A stretch of 63,873 nucleotides of DNA, filler included, from Phoronis australis (Eukaryota; Animalia; Phoronida), in NCBI GenBank assembly GCA_002633005.1. It is 8 parts of 8 records of this genome, joined end to end, with 100 filler letters (N's around TTAATTAATTAA, not from the genome) between each part and the next. Parts side by side here need not be neighbours in the genome. Positions count along the whole stretch, not along the records: positions 1 to 11,468 come from NMRA01001692.1; positions 11,569 to 33,352 come from NMRA01000814.1; 6 more parts are not named here. One strand, written 5' to 3'. A program made the position numbers and the translations under genes. Shown here piece after piece: positions 1-12,410 of this stretch. Within the stretch, counting starts at the first letter, position 1; each line of letters starts with the position of its first letter. The notes under the pieces are model-generated. The model had not been told where the DNA came from, ran no database searches, and saw only the letters and a list, made by a program, of their open reading frames with translations.

Positions 1-842
1 CAGATGTTTCAGATCTACACTAAACTCATACGATAACAAATCTGGGTTCGAGACTAGATGAAGCATGAGGCATGTTTTTATGGCTTTCCGCTGTACCACC
101 ACCAACACCATCACCAACACCACCTCCACCACCATCACCACCGATATTCCTTTCATATTATCTAACTGAAACCTCAAAAACTAAGAAAATGCATGGTGGG
201 AACTCGTTAAAATCCGAAATATACTGTAGCGGTGGTGTTACATGCAGCGTTGTGTTTTATGTGTGTGGTGGATGTCCGCCGGTGTCGACCTGACGGATAG
301 ATGTGCAAGTGATTCAGATTCTTTACAAAAAATAGGCCTACACAAGTCAGAGGTCGATGCTTAACTTAACTTCAAGCCTGGGGAAATTCCCAAGTCGCTA
401 AAGAAAGTCTATGTTCGCCAAAAGTGACGTCGATATCGTCAACGAAAAATGTCGTGTCGTAATGTTCTAAGAAACTTACTCTTACCCTTCAATTTCTCAC
501 CGTAAAAATATGCATCATTCAATCTCTAACTCATTTCTTCTGTCAACGAAGATAGAACGCAGACGATTGCGTACCCTGGAGCACGTCTTTTACCGATCTT
601 CCACGATTTTTGCCGGACAATTCCGATTTCCGTCTGTTTACTTAGTGTTTGACGTGTGCTGACTGCTAAGGGTGACAAATGTACTGATTTCCCAAAAGAT
701 ACAGCAAATCTAGGAAAACTGTTTGTAATTTGGAAGTCACCACAATCTGAGTAAAGCGCACGATTGTGTCAAATATAAAATTTTCATTTTTTCGCCTACT
801 AAAATGCATGTGTTCTGATGTCTCATTTACTTAACTCCAACT

Positions 843-874
843 CTAACCCTAACCCTAACCCTAACCCTAACCTA
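843..874 (+). repeat. Short interstitial (CCCTAA)n tract
   Basis: About 4.5 telomere-type units. Confidence 0.85.
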
Positions 875-2725
875 AATCTCAGATTATACAATCCTGCGGC
901 TAATAAAGGCACCAAGGCTCATTTATTGGTTTGTACATCTATCATATACATGTGGAACGGTGATAACCTGAAAAAGTATGGGTATGTGGAATGCATGCAT
1001 TAATTTAGTTTGTTCTTGTAGTTGCAGTAAAAGGTTGTCTTGTTCAACGCCTTGTAATCTTGCGTGTGCCAAAACAAAAACATGAACATGTGAGGGATGC
1101 ATCGATTTTGGGTATTCTTGTTGATGCCGCAACCGCAGACCACAATGGCATTTCACAGACATGAAGCAATATATTTATACATTTCTGAACACCAACCATG
1201 TTTGAATACTTAAATGCTATTCCCCAAACAATCGCAATGTCCGAATGTTAAATTATTAGTTCTCTTAACCAAAAAAGTTATATTACATGACACTCTTTCC
1301 ACTTTGGTACAATCCTGCAACTGATGCCTACACATGAAATTCTGTGCGTAGTTTTAATCATTTTAAGGGGGCCACATTTCTATATAGGTGGCGCTGTGAC
1401 TGAGGGTAACTGTCTTCCTGTATAACAGTTTATTACAAATTTGACCTCTTTTTATTACCAGTAATTGCACATATAAACAAATACATATGAAGGAATGCAT
1501 GACGCTTCGAACAAACTACGTGCGCAAGCACATGCATCAGCACGCACGAACACGCAAAGAGACCAGACATCAAATTTAATAATGATTGATATTAAAAGGA
1601 GTCAAAACCAATCGTTTTTGTTGAATTTTTCATATTCACAATTACCGAAATAAAGGCATGTTTCCATCTGAAACTAATAAAATCTCTTGTCTAAAAAGTT
1701 CAATTAAAGGAGTAATATTTTCCGAAAAATATGAAATGTTTCCAAACAAATGAGTAAAGTAATCATACCCGATTCGTGAAATTTAGTAAAGAAAACATTT
1801 TTAACTATAAATTAATAAAATATGATTTTTTTGATTAAAAACTAATGATTAATAACAGACCAAGATCCGTAATCAAATCTTTGTACTCCAAACGGCAATT
1901 TTTCTGCTACTTTTGTGCGATCTCAAGATAAGTAGTTATTAGACTGTGCTTGAATACATTACAGTTTACTCATATGAGTTTCTAGTCCAAGTTTGCACTT
2001 GATGACCCTTATATTCGTGCTACAAACTGAGTAAAAACTCGAAATCTCGAGTTTAAACTCCAACTTTTAGCCTACAATAATAGGCACTTACCGATATCTT
2101 GAGTTCGCACAAAAGTAGAGTTCCATTTCCAGTATAAAGTTTAAAACCCGGGACCATAACGCTTTCGCAAAGATGGGTTATAGTTTTTGGCTCTTTTTTT
2201 ACACAGTATGCAAAGATTTGACTGTTGGATACCACTTTTGAAAAGAAACTCGTTTGTGGCGACAATTCGATGAAGAAAACTTACATTTATTTTGAACCGA
2301 ACCAATCTCGAATCACACGCAAAACTATGGGAGGAAGCATATACTTCCCTCCCCCGTTTGGACGATTCAGAAGCGTTGACTTGTGATTCCCACTTCAGCT
2401 CTTGTTTTGCTTTTTGTAAAGTACACGGAAGTGGGAATATGTACGTTTGTTCGCAATATCTAATAATAGTTTTTGATAGTTTCGAAGGCTCATAGAAAAT
2501 TTGTTAAAATGAAAAATTATGAAAACTAAGTCCATAAAATATAGTAATGGGTTGGGAAGCTGACTGAATGATATAAATTGAAAATCTTCATTCTTCCCAA
2601 CGCCCCAAATTTCGCAAAGTAACCGAACAGTTTCAGACGAAACTAAATTTGTAATTGTCGTACATCGGTAAAACGCATCAGCAATATGTAAAACCTTATG
2701 TCAATGCGCGCAGCGAGTAAAAATT

Positions 2726-2933
2726 CATTCGTGCATCCAGGGGGGGGGAGCTCGGGGCCCCCCATTTGGCGAAGTGGACACCTCAGAGAAACAAAATGTC
2801 CGAGAAAACGAGACAAAATGTTCACTAAAAAGGCGCAAACGCACAATTCGCAGCCCTGCGGCTTTTTTGTCGGTAAATGGTCCACATCTTTGGAAATTCG
2901 AGCCCCCCATAGTAAAGGCTGGGTGCACGCATG
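2726..2933 (+). mobile_element. MITE family 1 copy
   Basis: CATTCGTGCA...TGCACGCATG termini; flanks AAATT/AAATG; internal blocks shared with 41009-41270. Confidence 0.75.
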
Positions 2934-3054
2934 AAATGTGTAACAACATTTCAATGTCATTGATTGAAATAAGTCAGGGTACAGGACGGCTTTAAAGATT
3001 TGATAAAGGATCCAATAATAATCATTTTACAATCTCTACTTGTTTTTTTGTTAC

Positions 3055-3060
3055 TTTATT
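3055..3060 (-). terminator. Candidate polyadenylation signal of the dioxygenase gene
   Basis: AATAAA on the minus strand about 330 nt after the stop codon. Confidence 0.45.
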
Positions 3061-3392
3061 TACCTATATTCTATCATTTAGCTAACTATTAAGCTTAGTC
3101 ACGATCACTAGCAAACATTCAGAGCCGTCCTAAGTCTACGCATTAGTTCTCATCTTAGACCAATTTCATTGAGGGAAATTTAGGAAACCAACAGTTCTTC
3201 TTCTTCTTCTCACAGAAGGCGGACTTTTTGCCTGTAATTCGTGGTTGTTCCACTTCATATCTTAAAACCGCAGAATTTGTCTCGGCAATGTCACAAAAGT
3301 TCTTGAATATAACAGGGAAAGAAGATATAGTGTGTCGTTCTGCCAGTATTCACAACATCATTGGCTCTAAAATGGCACTTGTCCAAAATAAC

Positions 3393-3566
3393 TCAATAAT
3401 GGAATGTAGCACTCAATAAGCTGTCGATGTGTTCTTTGGTAGAAACAGGAGGGTACTTGTTATCGGCACACGTGATTACCGTATCTTCGGAATTTCCAAA
3501 TATGACCAATGACTGGCGACTTTGGGAGCGTTCCTCTTCTGTTTCCGGGATTACCACCCGATGGAT
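3393..3566 (-). CDS. 2OG-Fe(II) dioxygenase, exon 8 (terminal)
   Basis: ttag acceptor; IHRVVIPETEEERSQSRQSLVIFGN...LSATFHY*; distal His (HRV) and 2OG-binding RxS (RQS). The eight exons join in frame to 942 nt. Confidence 0.92.
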   Translation of the reverse strand: MHRVVIPETEEERSQSRQSLVIFGNSEDTVITCADNKYPPVSTKEHIDSLLSATFHY

Positions 3567-4285
3567 CTAAGCCAAACGATACAAAACACTCGGATCATGA
3601 TCAGTTAATAGAACTTTAAATGCGTACTTCTGAGCTATCTTCTTAATCTGTTAAAGCTCAATTTCGCCGTATTATATTTTATTCCATACGCGTTGAATCA
3701 GTCGAGGGGAAATACGGCCATGCAAGAATATTTTGCGTATTCACCTCTCGCACTACTTCAACAGGGACCTCTGACACAGAAAGTTTAAAAGGTAGGTCAG
3801 TGTCCACTCGACGTCGATAGCCAGTTCAATCATCAAACTTTCGGAAAATAGTTAAAAGCAATGCATTTGCAACAGTGTGAGTAACACTCAACACGCAATC
3901 AGGTCTCAATCGTAACACCCGGAACAGGACTGCTAATTAAATGACAGTTCTATCTCAGTTTTCAATTGCTAAATATGTCGTCTGCAACTCAGGCGCCGAT
4001 TCCTCAATAACTACAATTTGAAATATTGTTGTTATTTAACTATTTTCAGGAGATGTTACAGGTTCAATGCACAGTTACCGTTGTTTTCATCTTTGTTATC
4101 TCTTTTCAAGTATTAAATCGTTACATCTAAAACTGTTTCTTTTACTGGAGAAAACTTGCAACCTAACGCGCCAGTACATACATAGAGGACGTGATCCGCC
4201 ACGTGAACAGCTTGAGTGAAGTATTTGAAAAATCTGGCGAAAAAATTAAAGAAACTTCGGAATTTGATGCTTATGGGATAAATAC

Positions 4286-4391
4286 AAAACGTACCTCGAT
4301 TGGCGTAGATGAAGTAATATCTCACTCGACATGATTCGGCGTATCGACCTCATACACGGGATATTACTTCATCCATTCTCGGTACGTTTTG
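4286..4391. repeat. Small palindromic (foldback) element
   Basis: CAAAACGTACC/GGTACGTTTTG and GATGAAGTAATATC/GATATTACTTCATC inverted pairs. Confidence 0.7.
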
Positions 4392-4764
4392 AGTATTATT
4401 AGTTGGTTAGAATTAGACTGGCCTCATTGCATTCCTCACCGTGACAGTATTCTATTTCTATTACCAATAAGAACATTGAAAACGCCAGCGTCTCAAGAAA
4501 ATGATTCAGAGTTTACTGGGGTGGTCAATCCTGAAACTGAGGATTCAAAAATGGCGGCTGTACTCATTGGCTGTGACTTGAGTTGCCGGTTCATTCGGCA
4601 ACCATAATCGAATGAGCTTCGCATTGTTTTCAAATCCCAGTTAAACTTCGGTCTTTAGCAAAGCTCTCCGATACATGAACACTGTAAAGATAAACACAAA
4701 TGTACTAACATACTATTACACGATCCTGGTTTAGTAGTATCTTGGATAAAAAAAACATGCGTAC

Positions 4765-4878
4765 CGTTGAAAGCAATCGATCCGATGTCCAGCGCTCAAG
4801 CAAAAGGCCGACATTGACGACACAAGCTCCGTCAACGGGAAGTGCGGCGATCCATTTGTCAGCTTCCCGATGGTAAAT
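4765..4878 (-). CDS. 2OG-Fe(II) dioxygenase, exon 7
   Basis: ttag acceptor, gtacgc donor; IYHREADKWIAALPVDGACVVNVGLLLERWTSDRLLST. Confidence 0.92.
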
Positions 4879-4927
4879 CTAAATTACAAAGGAATGTTTT
4901 TGACTTTTGCTGACACGACGATATTAA

Positions 4928-5188
4928 CAACCCGTATGGAATTCTAAGCCTGTCAGTTGTTAACGCACACGCGTTGTACAAAGCCAAATCGTCGTACCAA
5001 TGTAAATAGGCTTGAGGATGGTGTAAACAGACCAATAGATTTTGGAAATGATGTTAACATTCATCTTCGCAGCACATTAACATGTTACAAAATAGATTAG
5101 CGCGTTAACGAACCAAGTCTACACGCGTTAACGTGTAAAATCCGTACGTGTTAAGAACTGACTGACTTAATATTCCGGGTTGGGTTGT
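4928..5188. mobile_element. MITE-like element with ~45-bp imperfect inverted ends
   Basis: ACAACCC..GGAAT..TAAG..GTCAGTT.TTAAC at the left mirrors the right end. Confidence 0.6.
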
Positions 5189-5460
5189 ATAAAACTTCAA
5201 AACTTATTTGCCGGAGAAGTTGCATGACGTCAAGTGCGTCATTCAACAAAATCAACTGACGCGTGGCAATGTATTGTTGCTAACTAGAGTATTACTTTGA
5301 TGCAAGTGTTCTTGGTTGCATGAAACAGGGTATCAATTAAACTTCCTTACCTACAGATTGACTTACAATTTTAGAAACTGCTTACTGCTATCTCAAACCA
5401 AACTACTTCTGTGCAAGAAAAGCGAAACTTTGGACTGCAAACAAGCCAAGCCATACTTAC

Positions 5461-5540
5461 CTCCAACCCAGGTCCGTTTTGAAACAAAAACGTTATTATT
5501 CCATAGTCAGAATGTTTTCCAAATCTTACTTCTGATTTAC
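5461..5540 (-). CDS. 2OG-Fe(II) dioxygenase, exon 6 (HxD iron ligands)
   Basis: tttttag acceptor, gtaagt donor; KSEVRFGKHSDYGIITFLFQNGPGLE contains HSD. Confidence 0.92.
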
Positions 5541-5971
5541 CTAAAAATCACGAAATATTATAGAATGTGCAAATGAAACTAACAAATACAAAACATGGAC
5601 TCAAAAACTGGCCTGGCTTTATAAAAAAGTCGACAACTCCTGACTGGATTTTCGTCTTTCATGCAGAGCATAATATTAGGATCAAGTTAAAACAACTGAC
5701 ATAACATGAACAGTGTAACTCTTTCTGCAAAAGCAAAATTCGAGGTACTCAAAATCCAGAAATCTCTTTGCCAGATGTGCTTCTGTTAAAACGGCTATAA
5801 CTGAAAGACAAGTCCGGTGACCCCCAATCTGTAAAGATTTGTAGTAAGCAAAGATCGAAATACAAAATATCAAAAATTTAATAATTGCTTATGACCGAAG
5901 GCAGTTCACAGCAGCTCGTTTGCCTTTATTTATCTCCAAAGTAAATGAGTAGACACACACACAAGACTTAC

Positions 5972-6059
5972 CGTGGACTGGAGGATACCAGTTGGCTCTG
6001 AGGCAATAATAACTATCTATTGCATCAGGACGTCCCAGGTGCTTTGAGAAAAAGTCACG
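5972..6059 (-). CDS. 2OG-Fe(II) dioxygenase, exon 5
   Basis: ttccag acceptor, gtaagt donor; RDFFSKHLGRPDAIDSYYCLRANWYPPVH (LRxxxYPP motif); phase 0 to 1. Confidence 0.9.
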
Positions 6060-7058
6060 CTGGAATGGGAAAGACGTAATGGGAAAAAATAATAAAATAC
6101 GTATTGTCACAGTTAAACATTTATTCCCAAATAATGCTCTCTCAGTATGTCGCGAAGCTGTTCAAGATAATATGAATCAAGTATGGATTATGTTTTTTAT
6201 TTTAAATTTTGGTGGTGCTCCAACAAAATGGCTACCACCAATGTGTGGCACTGGACTTCGTTTTTTTGAGAAAATTCAACAAAAAAATGCAAATACATAC
6301 AGAGTCGCCATTTACAAAATGCTTCTGTTTTAGTAACATCTTTCGATTTGTCACACTGAATCTACGTTCCAGACTGGTAAAAAACAGAAAGCGTATCTGG
6401 ATCTCTGGCTAACACCGACATAATTGATTTCACGAAAGCCTTCAATATCGTTTCTCACGGCCTATATACAGCACATACACCTGTGCCAGATTAAGTCATT
6501 ATACATTGGGGCTCTTTTCTCCATCAGTATCTCAACGACGTCAATAGATGTTGAGTATTTTCATTGAAATGAGGGGTAGGCCTAAAGAATAATCGATGCA
6601 TGGATTATTGTAACGTTTGTTTGTACCGCGGAGCAGAACTGATGGCACAAATACATTTCTTTATTGGAGTTGACCTATATGGGCTATGAAAAGAGATATC
6701 AGTCAGTATGCCTTGCAAGATATCTACTGCGTTGCAGCACACTACAAACAGACGAGACGACCAAAAGATGTCCCCACGGATAACGTCAAGTGCCCAACCC
6801 ATAACCGAAAACGTTAACTGGTATGTAACTCATTGGTTGTGTATGAAAAACTTTCAACATCATGTATCCGCCAGTAAAATGATTTTATGCGGCTAATAGT
6901 TTCCATTTTGTATAAAAATAACATTGTACTCAAAAGGGAAACCAACTTCTTTACCACTCTAGAAAATCCTTTGAAACTGAACCCAACAAGACATTTGGGA
7001 TGATAGGCGTTGGGCATGTTCATTTTGGTCCCTCTGGTTTCATATTGTAAAGAAATAC

Positions 7059-7178
7059 CTCTAATTCCAATCCTAAGGCCAAGACACCTAAGAACCGTTT
7101 GGTGAATTCAGCTCCACGATAAAATAACTCATTCATGTTTGACCTGAAGCCGGGGACGTCTTCTTCAGATGGTGTGAC
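7059..7178 (-). CDS. 2OG-Fe(II) dioxygenase, exon 4
   Basis: cag acceptor, gtattt donor; VTPSEEDVPGFRSNMNELFYRGAEFTKRFLGVLALGLELE; 120 nt. Confidence 0.88.
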
Positions 7179-7250
7179 CTGCAGCGTTAGATGATCGGTG
7201 TTCAGGAGTTTTTAGACCAGTTGAATATAACAACGAGCAACAGTGGACAC

Positions 7251-7397
7251 CAAGGTCGGATTCAGGATGGGGGGGGAGCAGGCCATAGTATTAATCAGGA
7301 TTTTGCCCGTCAGACATTCGCACCCCCGAACTGCCAAATGGAATCTGGGAGAATTTTAAGGGGCATGGCCTCCTTGTCCCCCCTAAATTCGCCACTG
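7251..7397 (+). mobile_element. MITE family 2 (5-bp TSD)
   Basis: CAAGGTCGGATT...AATTCGCCACTG imperfect TIR flanked by a GACAC duplication; inverted relative at about 8025-8147. Confidence 0.75.
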
Positions 7398-8024
7398 GAC
7401 ACAGCCAAATTGTCTTTAATTATAAGAAAACTGTTTGCGTACTCTTATACATGTCATGCATTTCATTTAATGCATAAAACGTAGAAAGCAGATTGCTCGA
7501 GATTTGACGAGACGTCTATCGTAAACGAGACCAAACACAGTATGTACAAAGCGCTTAAAATTGATACAACTTTATATTTTTGATAGAAATGTTGCGCATA
7601 AAAAGCATTTTAGGATTTTTATTTAAGGCTCAGAGATCAGAAAAAGCCAGTTATTTCGCCCAAGCCCAAACGTGATGACCTATCCAAGCAAGAGACGCTC
7701 ACTCTCTAGTTCGGAACAGAAAAATCACCCGACAACATGCGAGTGGCGCACACGTAGACAAGTCATTGACTGCACCCACAAGAACCAATTGAGTGGAGAG
7801 AGCTACTTCATACACAGGTTTTATTATCTGATATGAGTAAGATAATGCAAGCCAGTGTTCACTTACAGTGGATTGTCTATCGTTATCGCAAGGGTTAATC
7901 TGGTAAGCGAGGTAGATATATAGATTCTGTTTTTACTGTGAGTACAAGCGAATAAACAGGTTGAATTGTACAACGACACGAGAGCAGCCACATGAAAACT
8001 AGATGGCGTATCAGTGACAGATGG

Positions 8025-8147
8025 CAAGGGGGCCCCTAAAATTCTCCCACATTCCATTTTGCAGTTCGGGGTGCGAAAGTCTGATGGGCAAAATCTTGGC
8101 TTATACTGTGCCCTGCCCCCCTAACTCAAAATCCTGGATCCGCCCCT
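8025..8147 (-). mobile_element. MITE family 2 copy (inverted, partial)
   Basis: Reverse complement of about 7255-7365; ends GGATCCGCCCCT. Confidence 0.7.
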
Positions 8148-8457
8148 ACGCATGATGTGGTTTATGATAACTGAAGTTTCTGCTATAACGCCAGCACAAC
8201 ATTTTGTCACGTGATATGAGCTAGGTCTTGTTTTTTCACACATCAAAACATTTATTGTTCACGTTTCATTAATTTTTACAACTTGAAATATGATTAATTG
8301 GATAAAACTTCTCGTATACTTCGCACCATTGTTTCTATGTGCATTTGTATAGTTGAAACGAATCAGGCATTCGCAATCAATAACTACAAGAAACAGTGAA
8401 ATAGTTCAACAGGTTAGCAATCCACAATGACTAGGAATAAGGTGCCCAGGTGCTTAC

Positions 8458-8545
8458 CCCCTCCGTTACATCTTTTCCATCTGGTGATTTTTGAATGTTA
8501 TATATATAACCTTCTTTGTCATCAAATGGCTTGGATAAATCAACG
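8458..8545 (-). CDS. 2OG-Fe(II) dioxygenase, exon 3
   Basis: ttcttccag acceptor, gtaagc donor; VDLSKPFDDKEGYIYNIQKSPDGKDVTEG (DxKE motif); phase 2 to 0. Confidence 0.88.
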
Positions 8546-9511
8546 CTGGAAGAAAGAATTCGTGTTCAATGACACATGTACCTTTCAAACGAATGAAAAA
8601 ATAACCATGCAAATGACATTCCAAGCTTCTTTGAATTCATTGTAGCTGACTCACATTATTAAAAAGGCGAGAGACAAAAATACTGTAAAAGCTTTAATAC
8701 TGATTATTAAAGAGCATCCACGTGGATTTAATACGACGTATTCCATCCGTGTGCGTCTACACATCACGCCAATAGACCCACGTATAGGTCTCTATGCGTT
8801 TGTATACTGTACGTACAGTTTAGGTCTACATATCCCACCAGTGGACCTACATGTAGGTTTCTAACCGCTGTATACTGTTCTTACTGTCCAGAGGTATACA
8901 TATCACGGCAATAGACCAGCGCATGGACCCAGTTCGCTTGTGTATGGTACTGTTCGTACTATTTACAAGTTATTCTGCCAATAGAACTTTTGACGTATCG
9001 GTTTTTAGGCGTTTTTGTACTGCTCAACTCGTTCACGTCACGTTGGACTTTATGTAAGTAAATTAAAATGCTTATTACGCAAATCTAACTGCCCCTGGTC
9101 TAATTTTGTGTTTGCTATTCAGAGATCGAGGTCCAATCTTTGTATTCAAAATCGAATTTGATCTAATTGTTGTCATTTTCTGTTCCACTTCTGTAAGAGC
9201 TCAAAAGATAAGAGTCAATAACTCTATGATCGAGTACATAATGCTTAATGCATAAAATCACACTTGATGACCCCTAGATTCGAGCCACAAACTCGAGATT
9301 TCTATTAAAATTTCGAAATTTCAAGCTCACACTTAAAATGTTTCAAAAATAAGACCCCGGGGCCAGGAGAAAATACGTAATGCCGCAATAACGTCAACGT
9401 TAAAATCAAAAACCAACAAACTGTACGCCAATTCAGTAAAGACACTTTAAAATATATGCCACAAAACAAAACAATTTGCATGTTCAGCGTTCTGTTAAAT
9501 GAAGGACTTAC

Positions 9512-9627
9512 TCCTCTTGATCGGGTGCCACCCAGCCGTGCACAAGACCGCTTTTGTATGCATATTTTCTCTTCGTTTCCGTTATTTGTTCGAAGAAGCG
9601 CTTGGTCGAGTCAAAGCAATTCTGGAT
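9512..9627 (-). CDS. 2OG-Fe(II) dioxygenase, exon 2
   Basis: tag acceptor, gtaagt donor; IQNCFDSTKRFFEQITETKRKYAYKSGLVHGWVAPDQE; 116 nt, phase 0 to 2. Confidence 0.9.
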
Positions 9628-10564
9628 CTACGTAAAAATGTTTATGTTCAATATACCTCCCGTAAATTGCTACTCGAGTTCTGTTTCCAGAGACAAAAAG
9701 TATCCTAGATGTAGACGTTATAGGTCAGTTATTATGACTCAGACGATGTACAGTAAGACAAATATAAAATACATATACGTAAAATGTAATATCCAAACAA
9801 ACTTTCCTATCACAAATACTCGGATGTCAGATACGTTCTGACACCCGAAGATTATTTCACCCGTCATTACTCAGAGAGGACGCAAAACCTTTCCGTTTGT
9901 GAAGAATTTCGTTTTTAAAGTGACACGTTGTCATGGAATATTGTTCCTGTAACATAATCCTGTAATAGGAGTAATTTCGATGAATCTCACCCAATCGACG
10001 AAATGAACCCTTTTGCAGGTAATTCAGTCAAAAACGGTTCTGTGTTGCTCAAACGTTGTGTGTGAGTTGACCTACCCTTGGGTTAACAGGGTAACGAAGA
10101 CGACTTTGAGGACACCTTTTGTCTATTATTTCTAATCAGTCTGTGCCAATAATTGCCACGTTTCGACGAAACGACGGTTTTGAAAAAGGGCAACACGTTA
10201 TTGTCAATCATGTTTGGGTCCAGTCGTCATACTCGTTGGTAAACTTTGACTCTAAATAAGCAAAAAGAGCTCACTAACCAGATTTTCGAAAATTATCGAA
10301 ATTATCGTTCACTGCAGCGTATGGTAAAATATTTCTTCATATTACCAGCAAAAATAACAACACGAACTTTTTCAAACTCGCAGCCACTATCGTGAGTTGA
10401 GACCAAATAAAATATGACTTGATCAGGGAATGATTCAAACACAAATTTCGTCGTTTTAGAACGCAAGCACAATTTCAAAATACTGTTTGTTGACTTTCCA
10501 AACGAGGCTGCATGCAAGACCATTTAAAAACGACGCAAATTACTACCAAGCAATTACAACTCAC

Positions 10565-10726
10565 CAGCTGCTGTGGGATTCCATGATTTACGATGTACAT
10601 TGTCGTCGTAGTTTCCAGCGCAATGCGCACCTTGTGTGCAACATCTTTGAGTTCCACGTCAGACACTGAATTCGGGTCCTGGACATCAAGACCGTATGGA
10701 GTAAAATCAACAGTTGCTAACGCCAT
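10565..10726 (-). CDS. 2OG-Fe(II) dioxygenase (IPNS/DIOX-like), exon 1 of 8
   Basis: GCCATG start; MALATVDFTPYGLDV...MYIVNHGIPQQL resembles the DIOX_N domain (VDF...NHGIP); ends at a GTGAGT donor, phase 0. Confidence 0.9.
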
Positions 10727-11399
10727 GTTCGTTTCTCAGTTTTGAAGGTTGTATGTTAGCTGAGGTCAAAAAAAAGAGAAAAGTAATCACTGTTATCGCG
10801 AAAAACCAGGTTAACAACTAGGGTACCAGGCAAAAGCTAGTAGGGACTACCCAGGGTTGAAAGTTAGACTGGTGTGTTTTTGATTGCACAGAAACTGGTT
10901 CCATAAGGGGACGCATTGTTAGAATAGATCCTAGGGGAGCAAACGAAGTGTTGCGCGCAGCGATATATTCAATCCTTTCAGTCCTTTCTAAGGCAACCTT
11001 AGCCTACTTTGCTACATGAGCCTTTCTATGTTTAACGACACTTCTCGTCTTCCCGGTGAGTGGTTCTCCGCGCCGTTTGTGAAAAACAGTTTCTATACGG
11101 CCGTCTGTAGAAGTTGGTTACAATAGATTAGATAATTTTGCTTACATCATTGTCTATCCAATGCATCTTGACGAATACTGAGAGGGAAGCTTTAGCAAAA
11201 CAGCGCGTACGAGTGGGTGTACGAGTACTGAACACGAATTGTGTTATGACTTGACAGATGCTGGGCAGTCAACCGATGAACATTCGAGATAGGCCCATTC
11301 GCCCGAGATACTCGGAACACCTCATGTATTTTAGTATAAACTCAAATTTCCCTTCAGAGGTGAACCGATATAGAGCAAGTCGTGTTATTTTCAAGCAGG

Positions 11400-11468
11400 T
11401 AAATGATTGGCCGCACAAGTGAAGTTCACGCATGCGCAAGCAACGTTCCCCGCTGAGGAGAAATTTGG
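11400..11468. promoter_or_regulatory. Probable promoter region (likely CSNK2B, divergent from the dioxygenase)
   Basis: ATTGG (reverse CCAAT) at 11406-11410 and NRF1-type CGCATGCGCA at 11429-11438, immediately before the gap that probably hides the CSNK2B 5' exons. Confidence 0.45.
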
Positions 11469-11568
11469 NNNNNNNNNNNNNNNNNNNNNNNNNNNNNNNN
11501 NNNNNNNNNNNNTTAATTAATTAANNNNNNNNNNNNNNNNNNNNNNNNNNNNNNNNNNNNNNNNNNNN
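11469..11568. other. Scaffold linker gap (also at 33353-33452, 36455-36554, 45300-45399, 55043-55142, 58976-59075, 62387-62486)
   Basis: Identical N44-TTAATTAATTAA-N44 cassette carrying stops in all six frames; an assembly artefact of unknown true length. Confidence 0.97.
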
Positions 11569-12410
11569 GTACCGTTTTGAGTTCTCTCTTAAAGTTCATT
11601 CATCCTGGTTTACAACTATAATCGGATCACAGGCTGTCGTTCTAGAAGCAGTCCATAGAAATATATTTGCTGCATACTACCGAATACGGCCACGCTCCAC
11701 TCGTGGACTTTGCAAAGTATTTTCACTTGCAACACAGTCTTGGAACAGTGGCAAACTTGTGCAAAGATACGCCAGCCCTTGGTGTATTGCCTCAGCCTCC
11801 AACTAAACAACGGTCAGGCATTCTTCTTCAAATATTTACTCCAGTTTAAATCTAAAAATCCGACTACATTTGAAAAAAGTACTCTTCTTGGCACACAGCA
11901 ATGGACACTGTGGACTCAGTCAGGCTGACACTGCAATGATTAGGTCACGTCCATACTAACTGTAAAATGTTTATGGCAACACACAAGACCTTGTGCATAT
12001 GTGTCACATTTCAGAAAATTAATGGGCAAAAGTTGCATAATAAACCTATTCTAACAAACACAAAGATTCCATTTGTGCCAGATAGTCCCAGCCAAGAGTA
12101 CAAACCTATGGACAGACTCGGCAGTGATCGGGTCAGGAATTCCTGATGTGTTCCGGATGTGACGTGTTTCCGAAGATAGCCGAAGTTCAAAATTTTCTGT
12201 TCTCAAAATTTTGTGGGGAAGTGGGAGCGTGTTTTACACGAATAACTGAAGAATATGGAGTATGAAGTAAAAAGAATTGTGGTTTATAAGCAAACTTTAT
12301 TAACAACCAACACATGTGTATACATTAACTACAACTAAGTAGCTGTGAACCAGTCTCTTTAAATTCTTGCCCCATCACAGGACAGCATGGAGAAGAATCC
12401 CAACCATAGT

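Noticed and set aside
72-293. Proline-rich ORF
   Set aside because: Produced by a (CAC/CAT)n microsatellite; no homology or exon support.
843-874. Telomere or chromosome-fusion scar
   Set aside because: Only about 4.5 units in one orientation; such tracts are common inside invertebrate repeats.
5745-5828. Possible extra dioxygenase exon reading DWGSPDLSF after an acag acceptor
   Set aside because: Hits a stop with no good donor in frame; the true HxD exon is 5461-5540.
11513-11524. TTAATTAATTAA motif recurring seven times
   Set aside because: Always centred in a 100-bp N cassette; an artificial six-frame-stop scaffold linker.
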